A DNA stretch of 63,753 nucleotides, the filler included. It is 8 parts of 8 records of this genome, joined end to end, with 100 filler letters (N's around TTAATTAATTAA, not from the genome) between each part and the next. Parts side by side here need not be neighbours in the genome. Positions count along the whole stretch, not along the records: positions 1 to 12,987 come from SRR31147125_29097; positions 13,088 to 24,023 come from SRR31147125_29122; 6 more parts are not named here. One strand, given 5' to 3'. Positions 7,880-16,981 of the stretch are shown piece by piece. Positions within the stretch are counted from its first letter, which is position 1. Every line of letters starts with the position of its first letter. A program made the position numbers and the translations under genes. Below the pieces are notes generated by a model. The model searched no databases, was not told where the DNA came from, and saw only the letters and a list, made by a program, of their open reading frames with translations.

Positions 7880-8214
7880 TAATAGGTCAAAAATCACCAG
7901 CCTAAAACGATAAGTACTTCACCTAAAAAAACCGCATGTCATCTTAAAAGGCTGTAAAAGGTCTTTTGCCTCTGTTTTGCCCTACAACACACGATCGCTA
8001 AATAATGAAGAGTCGAGTCGCTGGCTACAACATCAGCCAGCGATAGACTATTTGTTCTCTTTATGGGATTTGCTGAGAGACCAAAGAAAATTACAAAAAT
8101 AATATCTGTTGTGTAAATTCAGTAGCTTAAGCGCGGATGTTTTCAGGTAGGAATCATTCACTAAAGAAAATATTATTACATATATAGATTATTTGGTTGA
8201 AAGGAGAAAAAACA

Positions 8215-8781
8215 ATGGCAAAAGCAAAAGCACTAACACAAGCAGAAATTGATCAGGTGTTACGTTATGTCGCAAATACCCGTTACGCCACTCGCAATCG
8301 CATGTTGATATTGATTAGCATATGGAGCGGGATGCGCGCCGGAGAAATTGCTGCAATTAAAATCAGCCATGTAATGAATGATGATGGAAGCATTAAGCAA
8401 GAAATTCGTTTAACAGCACAGCAGACAAAGGGTCACTACGCAAGAGTGGTCTTTTTGAATGAGAAATTGCGTGTTGAGTTGGCGGCATATTTGTCAGAAC
8501 GCAATACACAAAACAGGTCATTGCCGCTGTTTGACACAGAGAAGTCGCGTGGCTTTTCTGCTAACACGCTGACGCAGTGGTATTACTGGACGTACAAGAA
8601 TGCAGGCATCAGCGGTGCAAGTAGCCACAGTGGGCGCAAGACTTTCATAACCTCGCTGGCCCAAAAAGGAATTGGCGTACGAGTGCTAGCGAGTTTGGCA
8701 GGTCATCGCTCAATTGCAGTAACCCAAACCTACATTGATGTGAATGATGAAATGAAACGGCAAGCAGTTGAACTTGTTTGA
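8215..8781 (+). CDS. Small catalytic-domain-only tyrosine recombinase
   Basis: GMRAGE (catalytic R), TKG (K), HSGRK (HxxR), LAGH and TxxY. 188 aa with no N-terminal binding domains. SD AAAGGAG. Confidence 0.9.
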   Translation: MAKAKALTQAEIDQVLRYVANTRYATRNRMLILISIWSGMRAGEIAAIKISHVMNDDGSIKQEIRLTAQQTKGHYARVVFLNEKLRVELAAYLSERNTQNRSLPLFDTEKSRGFSANTLTQWYYWTYKNAGISGASSHSGRKTFITSLAQKGIGVRVLASLAGHRSIAVTQTYIDVNDEMKRQAVELV

Positions 8782-8788
8782 TTAACTA

Positions 8789-8822
8789 CTAAATACGCAT
8801 GGAGGTATTTTCCATGCGTATT
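8789..8822 (+). promoter_or_regulatory. T4-late-type CTAAATA box overlapping the 5' arm of a hairpin that sequesters the RBS and ATG
   Basis: CTAAATA at 8789-8795. Perfect 12-bp stem AATACGCATGGA (8792-8803) / TCCATGCGTATT (8811-8822) covering part of the GGAGG SD and the ATG at 8814. Confidence 0.6.
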
Positions 8823-8969
8823 GAAGAAGTCGTATCTGACGCTGAACAGAGAAACGTCGACCAAAAAAAGAAGGCAGCAAAGCAGGCAAAACTGACAGCC
8901 CAAAAAGCCGCCGCCAACCTCAAAATCCGCAAAGCCCAGCAGAAACTACAAAAACTAAATAGCATTTAA
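8814..8969 (+). CDS. Unannotated 51-aa Lys/Ala/Gln-rich protein (MRIEEVVSDAEQRNVDQKKKAAKQAKLTAQKAAANLKIRKAQQKLQKLNSI)
   Basis: Translated by hand. GGAGG SD 8 nt before the ATG, TAA at 8967-8969; shorter than any ORF in the supplied track. Confidence 0.75.
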   Translation: MRIEEVVSDAEQRNVDQKKKAAKQAKLTAQKAAANLKIRKAQQKLQKLNSI

Positions 8970-9024
8970 GCGTAAATCTGGTTATAAATTATGATAGTTC
9001 TAATTGTTCTGCATTGGAGGGGAT

Positions 9025-9630
9025 ATGATTGGTAAATTCTTTCGTAAAACGCGCAAGGCAATGAATTATGAAGAGCTTCGCTCAATCTCAATCGCTGTAG
9101 CGAATAACTTTGGCAACGATAAGGGGTCTATCCTAAGCACTTTGGCAAGGACGGAAGGAGAAACTATTGAATTCATCGAATATATAGATTCAGACCTTTT
9201 AGAGGTGTCAAATCTATCTTCTGTTGATGAACAATTGTTTAGCTTTCGAAGCAAGACACTGGATATGATAGAAAGGTCTTATAATGTTAGGCCTTTAATA
9301 GATAAAAGCTTTTGTGACTATGACAGGAAGTTGCTAGTTGAACATTTTTATTCAGATAAAAGTTATGAAGATGCCATTCAGTCAGCAATAACCGAAGCCA
9401 TTTACTCTCAAGCTGGTTACACTTGTTACGGTATTCTTTGTGAAAAACTAGGCGATAAAGATACTGCTAAATGGTTTCAGTTATATAGTGATCTTTATAG
9501 TGAATACACTAATAAGGTGAACAGGGAGATAGTTTGCAAAGAAAAATCAGATGATTCTTTTTCTTCTGAGATTAGTGTTGTTAAGGGCCAAGTCGATTTG
9601 GCGAGAGCGAGCATTACTGGCTTTGGATAA
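9025..9630 (+). CDS. Hypothetical cargo protein
   Basis: ATG 9025 after GGAGG; low GC. Confidence 0.65.
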   Translation: MIGKFFRKTRKAMNYEELRSISIAVANNFGNDKGSILSTLARTEGETIEFIEYIDSDLLEVSNLSSVDEQLFSFRSKTLDMIERSYNVRPLIDKSFCDYDRKLLVEHFYSDKSYEDAIQSAITEAIYSQAGYTCYGILCEKLGDKDTAKWFQLYSDLYSEYTNKVNREIVCKEKSDDSFSSEISVVKGQVDLARASITGFG

Positions 9631-9699
9631 AGTATTAGAATTTAAAATTTATATATTCAGACGGCTTTTTTTGATCCAATTGCATAAAATATTAAGAAG

Positions 9700-10173
9700 T
9701 TAAAAGTTTTGGTGGTAGATGTCAAAGTTGACGATTTCTACACTGCTTCCTGTTTCGTTTATGTCTTCATATTCACCAATAACTGAATTTAGAGTGAATC
9801 TATACTTTTCAAAAATTAGGCGCAATTCAACGTCATTTTTGTGGAAATGATAAGACTTTATGAATTCCATTGTTTCGCTAAACTGATTTTTGTTGAGAAA
9901 TAAGCCGATATTCATAGCTATTTCGTTTTTGTCATTCTCTATGAAATAGATTCCCCCTAAGTAATTATCTATTGTGCAATTATCTACGTTTAAAATTGTG
10001 ATGTTAGAGCTTTTTTTAGAATCATTGTGTCTACAATAGCAATTAATATGGGAGTGAAAGTCATCATTAATAACATTGATATTGTGACTTAAGATTCCTT
10101 CGATAACAAAATTCAAACTATCTAATCGATATAATTCGTCGATCTCCTCTGTTTTCCACGTTTCATTCCTCAT
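9700..10173 (-). CDS. Hypothetical cargo protein
   Basis: 157-aa ORF, very AT-rich. Confidence 0.55.
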   Translation of the reverse strand: MRNETWKTEEIDELYRLDSLNFVIEGILSHNINVINDDFHSHINCYCRHNDSKKSSNITILNVDNCTIDNYLGGIYFIENDKNEIAMNIGLFLNKNQFSETMEFIKSYHFHKNDVELRLIFEKYRFTLNSVIGEYEDINETGSSVEIVNFDIYHQNF

Positions 10174-10203
10174 CTTTAGAGCCTTTTATTTAAGTTTTGT
10201 TGC

Positions 10204-10887
10204 TTAGTTTGTGTCTTTAGCTTCATTTATCGATTTTGTCATTATGCTTCTACCGTATTTGTGTGCATGATTTAGTTGTTCTGCTGATTCAACGGCATTG
10301 TTGAATTTAGAGTTGAACTCATTGACAAGGACGTCTGTTTTTAGAAAAACTTCATCGCCGTTAAAGGTTATATTTGAATGGTTTTCAATTACAAACATGT
10401 AAAAAATAGATAGGTCATTAAGGTACTTGTTTTCCATCTGTTCGAAGTATGCTTGACTTGTCCCTTCTAGTCTTCCTTTCTTTTCTGTAGCCTTTCCTGT
10501 TTTCATTCTATTTTCTTTTAGTAGGGAGTCTAGCTGGTCGTAATGACTTTTTTGAATGGTCCTATACTGATCAATATTTTTTAGAAATATTTCAGCAACT
10601 TCTTTGTCTTTCAACTGCTGAAGGCTTGATAGTTCATAGGTGCCAATTAGTGATGATTTTTCTGCAAAAGATTCGTTCAATTTATTAAGGCGAGACATGA
10701 ACTCAGACATTATTGCTTGAAATTCATTTTTAGGAGAATTTAAGTCAATTTGTCCTTTTTGGGTATCTATGCCTTCTAGCATCCATTTAACGTCTTCGTC
10801 TGTTACGGAAACCTCTTTTTGGGCGTAGATTGGCAAGGCAGTGATTGTGATAAGTGCTGCTAGAATTGCTGAAATGTAAAGTTTCAT
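10204..10887 (-). CDS. Secreted/periplasmic helical hypothetical protein
   Basis: Signal peptide MKLYISAILAALITITALPIYA; GGAGG SD. Confidence 0.7.
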   Translation of the reverse strand: MKLYISAILAALITITALPIYAQKEVSVTDEDVKWMLEGIDTQKGQIDLNSPKNEFQAIMSEFMSRLNKLNESFAEKSSLIGTYELSSLQQLKDKEVAEIFLKNIDQYRTIQKSHYDQLDSLLKENRMKTGKATEKKGRLEGTSQAYFEQMENKYLNDLSIFYMFVIENHSNITFNGDEVFLKTDVLVNEFNSKFNNAVESAEQLNHAHKYGRSIMTKSINEAKDTN

Positions 10888-10911
10888 GCCCCCTCCAGTT
10901 TGATTGTAGTG

Positions 10912-11394
10912 TTAATTTCTTGCCCTTCTGTCTTCTTGTAAGCCTCTTCTGTTTTCATCATCTTTTTCCATTTCAGAAATATATTTGTCGATGAGGCTTG
11001 AAAGTTCTCCGTTCGTTTTATGTATTTCAATAAGTTTTGTTTCTAGTTTTAGTTGTGAAAGATTGATAAAGTTTGTTTCGGAATTTGGAATGCTTTCTTT
11101 TATGTTTTGAATTGCATTCTGATCAATCGCTATGCTGGCTTTCCATTTTTCAGTCATGCTGGACTTTAGTACGCCTCTTGCTGCTGAAATGGCTATGCGC
11201 GATTTATCTGCAGATCTGATCAGCTCTTCTAGCTTTTGTGTGTTTCTGTGGGCTTTGTTTATTTCTTTGCGCAGTTCAAGTCGGAGGTCTAATGATTTGA
11301 GCTTGCTAGCTTTTCGATAACCGATTACGCCACTAAAGGCACCAATAATTCCAGTTGCCATACCAACGTAGCTAGTCCAGTGTGGGTCTGCCAT
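10912..11394 (-). CDS. Membrane-anchored coiled-coil hypothetical protein
   Basis: N-terminal hydrophobic helix (WTSYVGMATGIIGAFSGVIGY) followed by a heptad-rich region; GAGGG SD. Confidence 0.7.
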   Translation of the reverse strand: MADPHWTSYVGMATGIIGAFSGVIGYRKASKLKSLDLRLELRKEINKAHRNTQKLEELIRSADKSRIAISAARGVLKSSMTEKWKASIAIDQNAIQNIKESIPNSETNFINLSQLKLETKLIEIHKTNGELSSLIDKYISEMEKDDENRRGLQEDRRARN

Positions 11395-11480
11395 GTGCCC
11401 CTCGCTTTCGTTCTTATTGAATTACATCTTTTTCTCAAAAACAATTCAAGTTGTAAATTTGGAGATTGGATATTTCGTTT

Positions 11481-12917
11481 TTATTTCTTATTTATGAGCT
11501 GTTCTAATAGCTTTTGTATCTGCTCGGCTTGTTTGGCATTTTGCTCTACCAATTGCCGTATTGTTGAGCTGTTTTCCTCTTCAGCTTTTTGCTTGTCCTT
11601 TGTTGCCCGTCTTTCGTGTCCTGCAAATTTGTTAGGGTTGTCGCTGACTTTGAAGTGGCTGTAGTGCTGCTCAAGCATCTTTACGCTCGTACCCATTTGT
11701 ACGCTGAGATCGTCAAAACTAATGCCCTTGTAGCGCATACGTGATGCATAAGTGTGACGCAGTGAGTACAGCGTTCTTGCTTCGCCAAAGTCGTCCCTTA
11801 ATAATCCGTCTTCTCTGCCTTCAACTTTTATCCATTTCAGTACACGCTTAAAGGCTTTGGTTAGTTGCTCCTGTACAGCTAGCTCACCGTTTGGATAGCG
11901 GAAGATGTGTTCGTCGCATTCAAACAGTTTGTCCCAATCCAAATCCTTCAAATTGTCAAATCTGTTTTTTATGTTTTCGAGCGGCTTCCAGCAGCCGTAT
12001 TTGACGCCATCTTCGCGCACAAATGGCTCATAACCAATAACAACACGCCTCTTTGTTTTACTGTGCGGCAAAGAGAATTGAATGCTTTCCATGCCGTGTT
12101 GTTTAGTGATGCTCAAATTTTTCCACTTTAAGCTAAGTATTTCACTGCCAGGTCGCATGCCTGTATTGACGAGTATGCGCACAACATCAATAAGCAGTTC
12201 GCGTATCCAAAATGTTTTTTGGCCTATGTTGTCAATGCCGTTGCGACCTTTTTGGTGTAGCAGCTTTTCGCTGTGTTTAAGGTAGCGCCACATGTTTGCA
12301 TTGAGCTTCTTCATTTCCTTGTCGTTAAAGTATGGCCGTCTTTTGCCCTCAACGCCGTCATTAATTGTTTTAGGGATGAACTGAATAAAGTTCTTCTCTT
12401 TTGCTTTGCGGAACAAGTAATTGAGGGCTGAGTTGTGCGTGGCAATAGTGGATTGAGTTGGCGCATGGCCAATCATCTCTCTACGCTTGTCTGAATACAT
12501 GCGCAGGGCAGTAGTGTCGATATTGTGGCACATGTAACTGCCGAGTATGGGTTGGATATATTTGTCTATTATCTGCACATAGTTTTTGGGTGTCTGCTGA
12601 CCCGTTCTTTCAGCTTCGTCCAATAGCTCTTTTCTGTAGAGTTGGCAGATGCTTGAAAACCTACGTGTTACGTCTATTTTGCCTGTCTTCTGCGCATACT
12701 GTATTTCTCTGTAGCGTTCTTCTGCGGCAGCAGTGGCTTGCTCAAAGTCAGCACACTTGGTGCTATAAACAACCCATTCTCCGCTGTTTCTGCGAATACG
12801 GGCTTGCCAACGTTTGCTTCTATTGCGCTTGAATAGGACGACAGCGCCATTGCATATGGCGCGCTCATCTTTCGGAATGGTATTGAGGGGTTGGGCGGTT
12901 TGCTGTTTATCTGACAT
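11481..12917 (-). CDS. int: Tyrosine integrase of the island (arm-binding N-terminal domain, core and catalytic domains)
   Basis: N-terminal KRxRSxxWQARI, NTGMRPG, SKT, YSLRHTY, QMGTSVKMLEQHY; coiled-coil C-terminal tail. Confidence 0.9.
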   Translation of the reverse strand: MSDKQQTAQPLNTIPKDERAICNGAVVLFKRNRSKRWQARIRRNSGEWVVYSTKCADFEQATAAAEERYREIQYAQKTGKIDVTRRFSSICQLYRKELLDEAERTGQQTPKNYVQIIDKYIQPILGSYMCHNIDTTALRMYSDKRREMIGHAPTQSTIATHNSALNYLFRKAKEKNFIQFIPKTINDGVEGKRRPYFNDKEMKKLNANMWRYLKHSEKLLHQKGRNGIDNIGQKTFWIRELLIDVVRILVNTGMRPGSEILSLKWKNLSITKQHGMESIQFSLPHSKTKRRVVIGYEPFVREDGVKYGCWKPLENIKNRFDNLKDLDWDKLFECDEHIFRYPNGELAVQEQLTKAFKRVLKWIKVEGREDGLLRDDFGEARTLYSLRHTYASRMRYKGISFDDLSVQMGTSVKMLEQHYSHFKVSDNPNKFAGHERRATKDKQKAEEENSSTIRQLVEQNAKQAEQIQKLLEQLINKK

Positions 12918-12962
12918 AGGGCACCTGTATAAAAACAGCTATTGATTGACCTATTGTATCAG

Positions 12963-12987
12963 AAAAAAGTGCGCGAAGAGTGCGCGA
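12963..12987 (+). repeat. Right arm-type repeat AAAAAAGTGCGCGAA-GAGTGCGCGA
   Basis: Direct repeat of 75-89 with tandem GTGCGCGA units. Confidence 0.7.
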
Positions 12988-13087
12988 NNNNNNNNNNNNN
13001 NNNNNNNNNNNNNNNNNNNNNNNNNNNNNNNTTAATTAATTAANNNNNNNNNNNNNNNNNNNNNNNNNNNNNNNNNNNNNNNNNNNN
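12988..13087. other. Artificial contig-join spacer (N-run with TTAATTAATTAA); six more identical spacers follow
   Basis: 100-nt N spacer with a six-frame stop linker, repeated at 24024, 29191, 35006, 43122, 53360 and 58635. Confidence 0.98.
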
Positions 13088-13147
13088 AATATTTGTCTAA
13101 CTTTTGGGGTCACTTCAGCAGCGCGTGTCCGGCTTTTATTGTTTAAT

Positions 13148-13429
13148 TTACCGGTGCTCCGTCTCGACGGATACAACATCGGCCTCGCTGTTTTGCTCCA
13201 CAAAGCGCCGGACGTTTTCCAGCACGCTGTCTGCCTGCGCTGTGGTTGCTGTGAGTGCGGCAATGCCCAGCACGATGGTCTGGTGAATATCCTGCTCGTC
13301 CGCTTCGATAACCGAGACGTTAAACGTATGGCGGATTTTTGCCGTCAGCCGCTTGACCTCGCTGCGCTTATCCTTGAGGGAATGCACCCAGGGCGCATGT
13401 AGTGTGATTTCCATGACTGCGGCTACCAT
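13148..13429 (-). CDS. DUF503 (YlxP-like) family protein
   Basis: SLKDKRSxVKxL-FNVSVxE-QDxHQ-LG pattern. Confidence 0.85.
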   Translation of the reverse strand: MVAAVMEITLHAPWVHSLKDKRSEVKRLTAKIRHTFNVSVIEADEQDIHQTIVLGIAALTATTAQADSVLENVRRFVEQNSEADVVSVETEHR

Positions 13430-13473
13430 TAGACCACGCCTTTCATATCCGGTTTTGCTCTGCCGGATGTGCC

Positions 13474-13833
13474 TTACCGTCTTTTAAAATTCGGCACGAC
13501 AAACCGGCCCAGATATTTTTTATTGCAAACGAAAATCCAAACGGCCGCCCCGACGAAAATAGGAATAATTATGACGGCGGCAACAGACGTGCTGCTTGTT
13601 CCCTGCAGGCGCGGCAGGATCATCGCCAAAACAACAACCGTCAGGCCGATCAGCACGTACGACGGAGAGATGAGTCTCTGATATTTTTTCCGCTTACTGC
13701 CGTCCATCTCCTGAACAATATTTGCATAGATAACAAACCGGCTGGCCGATCCGAAAAAGTTCCCGACGCCCACGGCGATAATGCACAACCCAAACACAGC
13801 CAGTGCGATCTGGTCCGTTTGCATAGTATTCAC
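13474..13833 (-). CDS. Small three-helix membrane protein
   Basis: Three hydrophobic segments; GAGGG SD. Confidence 0.6.
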   Translation of the reverse strand: MNTMQTDQIALAVFGLCIIAVGVGNFFGSASRFVIYANIVQEMDGSKRKKYQRLISPSYVLIGLTVVVLAMILPRLQGTSSTSVAAVIIIPIFVGAAVWIFVCNKKYLGRFVVPNFKRR

Positions 13834-14096
13834 CCTCTAATTCGTAGTATGTACCATTGTACCCTGTGGCCGCCGGTGCGTCAACTTTCTCCAGTCATTT
13901 ATCTTCCTTTCCGGCGCTCGTCACCAGGCGTCAGAAACCTTCCCGTCTTTTTTTGCATCGCACGATCATCACCTTCCCCTGCCGCCCGGCTGGTTTGTCC
14001 TCTCAGGATAAGCGATAATTACCTTTGACAGGTTATTGTGCAGCTGTTACCGTATAAACTGATGTTCTACTTAAATATTACGGAGAGGGAGAAATA

Positions 14097-15404
14097 TTGA
14101 AGAAGATTATCAAATCACTGACAGCTTTTTTTATCATGGCCTCGCTAATAACAGCAACGTTCTTTGCCGCCGGCGCGGCAGGTTACACAAACAAGGCGGA
14201 AGCGCTTAACCGGATGAACCTGTTTTTAGGCACGGAAATCGGCTTTGAGCTGGACCGGGTGCCGACCCGGGCCGAAGCGGCCGTCATGCTTGTGCGCCTG
14301 CTCGGCCAGGAGCAAAACGCCCAAAACGGGGCGTATCATCACCCGTTCAAGGATGTGCCCGCCTGGGTTGACCCGTACGTGGGTTATCTGTACGAGCACG
14401 GCCTGACGAAGGGCACGGAGCCCACGACGTTTGAGCCGGAGACGGACTGCAGCGCACAGATGTACACAACCTTTGTCCTTCGTTCTTTAGGCTACACGGA
14501 GGAAAACGGCAGCTTTACCTATGAGCGCGCGCAAAGCTTCGCCGAGGAGCTCGGGCTGATGTATTACGATGATTCGGCGGATTTCCTGCGGGACAACATG
14601 GTCGCCATATCATATTCCGCCCTGTTTCAAAACGAGCGCAACAGCACGCAGCTGCTCATCGAAAAGCTGATAGCGGACGGCGCCGTCACCTCGGAAAGCG
14701 CCTCAACCGAGCTGCATTATTTCCAGGTTTATACCGACTATCTGGCCGCCTGCCGGGCCTCGGGCCTGGAGGACTCCAACTTGCTGACCACTTCGACCTA
14801 TGTCGAATTTTCGCTCAATCAGCAGCCTTTGAATTACCGCCAGATTACAGAGGCCAAAACGGTGATGGACGGAAACACGTTCACGTACTCTAGCGACAGC
14901 AATATTTACGGCAGCGAGTCCGCCCGAATTCAAAACTATTATGCGGACGGCTGGCTTTACTTGAAGTCCGGCGATGAGAAATACAAGATGCGGGTCGATC
15001 TGGACAAAAACGATTACGCGCCGGAAGACAATCTGGGCGTTCAGCCGTTTTACAACGTAAAGAGCATGTACAAAACGGATGACGGCACGCACTATACGGC
15101 CATTTACGAGCCGGGCGCTTCCAGCTCGCTGCTGGAAACCTTTGCCCCGTATCTCAGCGGCTTGTACGGGCCGCAAAACGTCTTGAAGGGCGGCCTTCGG
15201 GCCGACACGTACTTCGAGCCCGACGGGACGCTGAAATCTCAGACCATGAGCGAGCATGTCTCGTCAACGAATACGGACGAGTATTACGCACTCGAGGTGG
15301 ACTTAAGCGGCGAGATCTATCTTGCCGCCACAGGCGACGAGGTGCAGATCACGCTGCCGGACGATCTGGATACCTACGTCGATATCGGGAGCTTAGACAA
15401 CTAA
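14097..15404 (+). CDS. S-layer homology (SLH) domain surface protein
   Basis: Signal peptide; LDRVPTRAEAAVMLVRLLG and PFKDVPAWVDPYVGYLY-GLTKG SLH motifs. Confidence 0.8.
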   Translation: MKKIIKSLTAFFIMASLITATFFAAGAAGYTNKAEALNRMNLFLGTEIGFELDRVPTRAEAAVMLVRLLGQEQNAQNGAYHHPFKDVPAWVDPYVGYLYEHGLTKGTEPTTFEPETDCSAQMYTTFVLRSLGYTEENGSFTYERAQSFAEELGLMYYDDSADFLRDNMVAISYSALFQNERNSTQLLIEKLIADGAVTSESASTELHYFQVYTDYLAACRASGLEDSNLLTTSTYVEFSLNQQPLNYRQITEAKTVMDGNTFTYSSDSNIYGSESARIQNYYADGWLYLKSGDEKYKMRVDLDKNDYAPEDNLGVQPFYNVKSMYKTDDGTHYTAIYEPGASSSLLETFAPYLSGLYGPQNVLKGGLRADTYFEPDGTLKSQTMSEHVSSTNTDEYYALEVDLSGEIYLAATGDEVQITLPDDLDTYVDIGSLDN

Positions 15405-15426
15405 ACGCAAGGCGGTCTTGCACAGT

Positions 15427-15455
15427 AAAAACGCACGGCTTATGCCGTGCGTTTT
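15427..15455 (+). terminator. Intrinsic terminator
   Basis: AAAACGCACGGC-ttat-GCCGTGCGTTTT. Confidence 0.8.
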
Positions 15456-15543
15456 CGCGTCTGGCCGAATTTTTTTGATATATTGACACACTTTTATATG
15501 TTAATATATACTAGTTTCAACTTATCCGTTTATATTCTAAGAT

Positions 15544-16236
15544 TTGGAGCATCACTTGAAAAGCCATCCAATAAAACCAGTGCAAATTAAGAAGCCGCGG
15601 CTGGACTTCCTGCTGGACGAGCCATCGGATTTTCTGGGTCTGCTCGAAGAGCATCAGGAATCCGAGGACGACCTATATCATCTTCATATCAAGGACGTTG
15701 TTTTAGAGGACCGGTATTTCAGCGGCCTGGAGTTTAACGGCGTCCTTTTTGACCACTGCACGTTTACAAACGTCGCCTTTAAAAACGCGTCGTTTGACAA
15801 TGTCCTGTTTAAAACCTGCGATTTTACAAAATGCAATTTCTCCGACAGCTGGTTTACCCGCTGCGAGTTTAAAACCGTTAAAAACACCGGCGCGGATTTT
15901 CGGAACAGCAAGCTGTTCGACGTGACGCTTGACGACAGCCATTTCAGATATTCAAACTTCTCCGCGTCCGGATTTAACGCCTGCGCCATACTAAACAGCG
16001 ACATGAGCGACACATTTTTCGCCGAGTGCGTTTTCAAGGCCGTCGTGCTGGATGCGTCCAAATTCATCCGGACGGATTTTTTCAAAACGCCATTGAAATC
16101 GCTTGATTTCTCAACGTGTGATCTGGAAGCCATCTGCATTTCCGACGAACATAAGGAGCTCAAAGGCGCCGTCGTCAATTCGTTTCAGGCCACCCAGCTG
16201 GCCAAATTTCTGGGGATCGTTATAAAAGACGATTAA
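15544..16236 (+). CDS. Pentapeptide-repeat protein
   Basis: Tandem [A/C/S]xFxx repeats; C-terminal LKGAVV-QAxxLAxxLGI. Confidence 0.85.
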   Translation: MEHHLKSHPIKPVQIKKPRLDFLLDEPSDFLGLLEEHQESEDDLYHLHIKDVVLEDRYFSGLEFNGVLFDHCTFTNVAFKNASFDNVLFKTCDFTKCNFSDSWFTRCEFKTVKNTGADFRNSKLFDVTLDDSHFRYSNFSASGFNACAILNSDMSDTFFAECVFKAVVLDASKFIRTDFFKTPLKSLDFSTCDLEAICISDEHKELKGAVVNSFQATQLAKFLGIVIKDD

Positions 16237-16429
16237 GAATTTTATACGGCCTGACAAGCGGCAGACATGCTATGCATCTGCCGCTTTTATCATTTTTCGG
16301 GGCAAAATTTGCCGTTGGAAGCTATCAGAAGTATATTTTTCTCTAAATTTGTATTTTTTTGTATTATTATTATTGAATTTTACTAAATAACGAGTATAAT
16401 TACATCGTATATACAATATATAGGGGACT

Positions 16430-16969
16430 ATGTATATGAATATTAGTACAGCAACCGTTATTGCATTGCGCGACCTGAAATGTCTTTCAATTAAAACCAC
16501 TGGCGAGCGTATCATATTGCAAAAAAAGGTTTATCTGACTCAGGAGCTTGGCTTACCTCTAGGATTTGAATACAGTTGGTATCTTCACGGCCCTTATTCG
16601 CCGGATCTGACCACCGCCACCTATCAAATCATACCTGAGGGCTTTAGCATCGTTGATGGCAAAAAGCTCAAGCCTCAATATCAGTCTGTTATTGATTGCG
16701 TTAATGCCATTGAGGAGGATGCTGCCAAGATCAGGTTAAATACGGTATATTGGTACGAGCTCGTCGCTTCAGTCGCTTATTGGTATAAAAAGGACATGAT
16801 GGAAAAGGCGAAAACCGTTAACAAAATAAAAATGTGCAAACCCCAGTTTTCATCGACTCAGGTTGAAACAGCCTACGATTCATTTACGCACCTGAGCCTC
16901 CATCATTCCTGCATCGTCATGTCCGCGCCCGAGGACGAAACCTTCTGCAAACTGGCGAGAGCCACATGA
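16430..16969 (+). CDS. YwgA/SocA (Panacea)-like antitoxin-domain protein
   Basis: RIxLQKxVYL-Y.WYxHGPYSxDL and YELxAS motifs. Confidence 0.6.
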   Translation: MYMNISTATVIALRDLKCLSIKTTGERIILQKKVYLTQELGLPLGFEYSWYLHGPYSPDLTTATYQIIPEGFSIVDGKKLKPQYQSVIDCVNAIEEDAAKIRLNTVYWYELVASVAYWYKKDMMEKAKTVNKIKMCKPQFSSTQVETAYDSFTHLSLHHSCIVMSAPEDETFCKLARAT

Positions 16970-16981
16970 AATAACGAACGG

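Larger units (their letters stand above)
1..12987. mobile_element. tRNA-Phe-integrated genomic island / putative phage satellite (~13 kb)
   Basis: tRNA 3' fragment at the left end and tyrosine integrase at the right end, on the same strand as the tRNA. A 15-bp repeat is present at both ends. Also a second recombinase and low-GC cargo. Confidence 0.85.
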
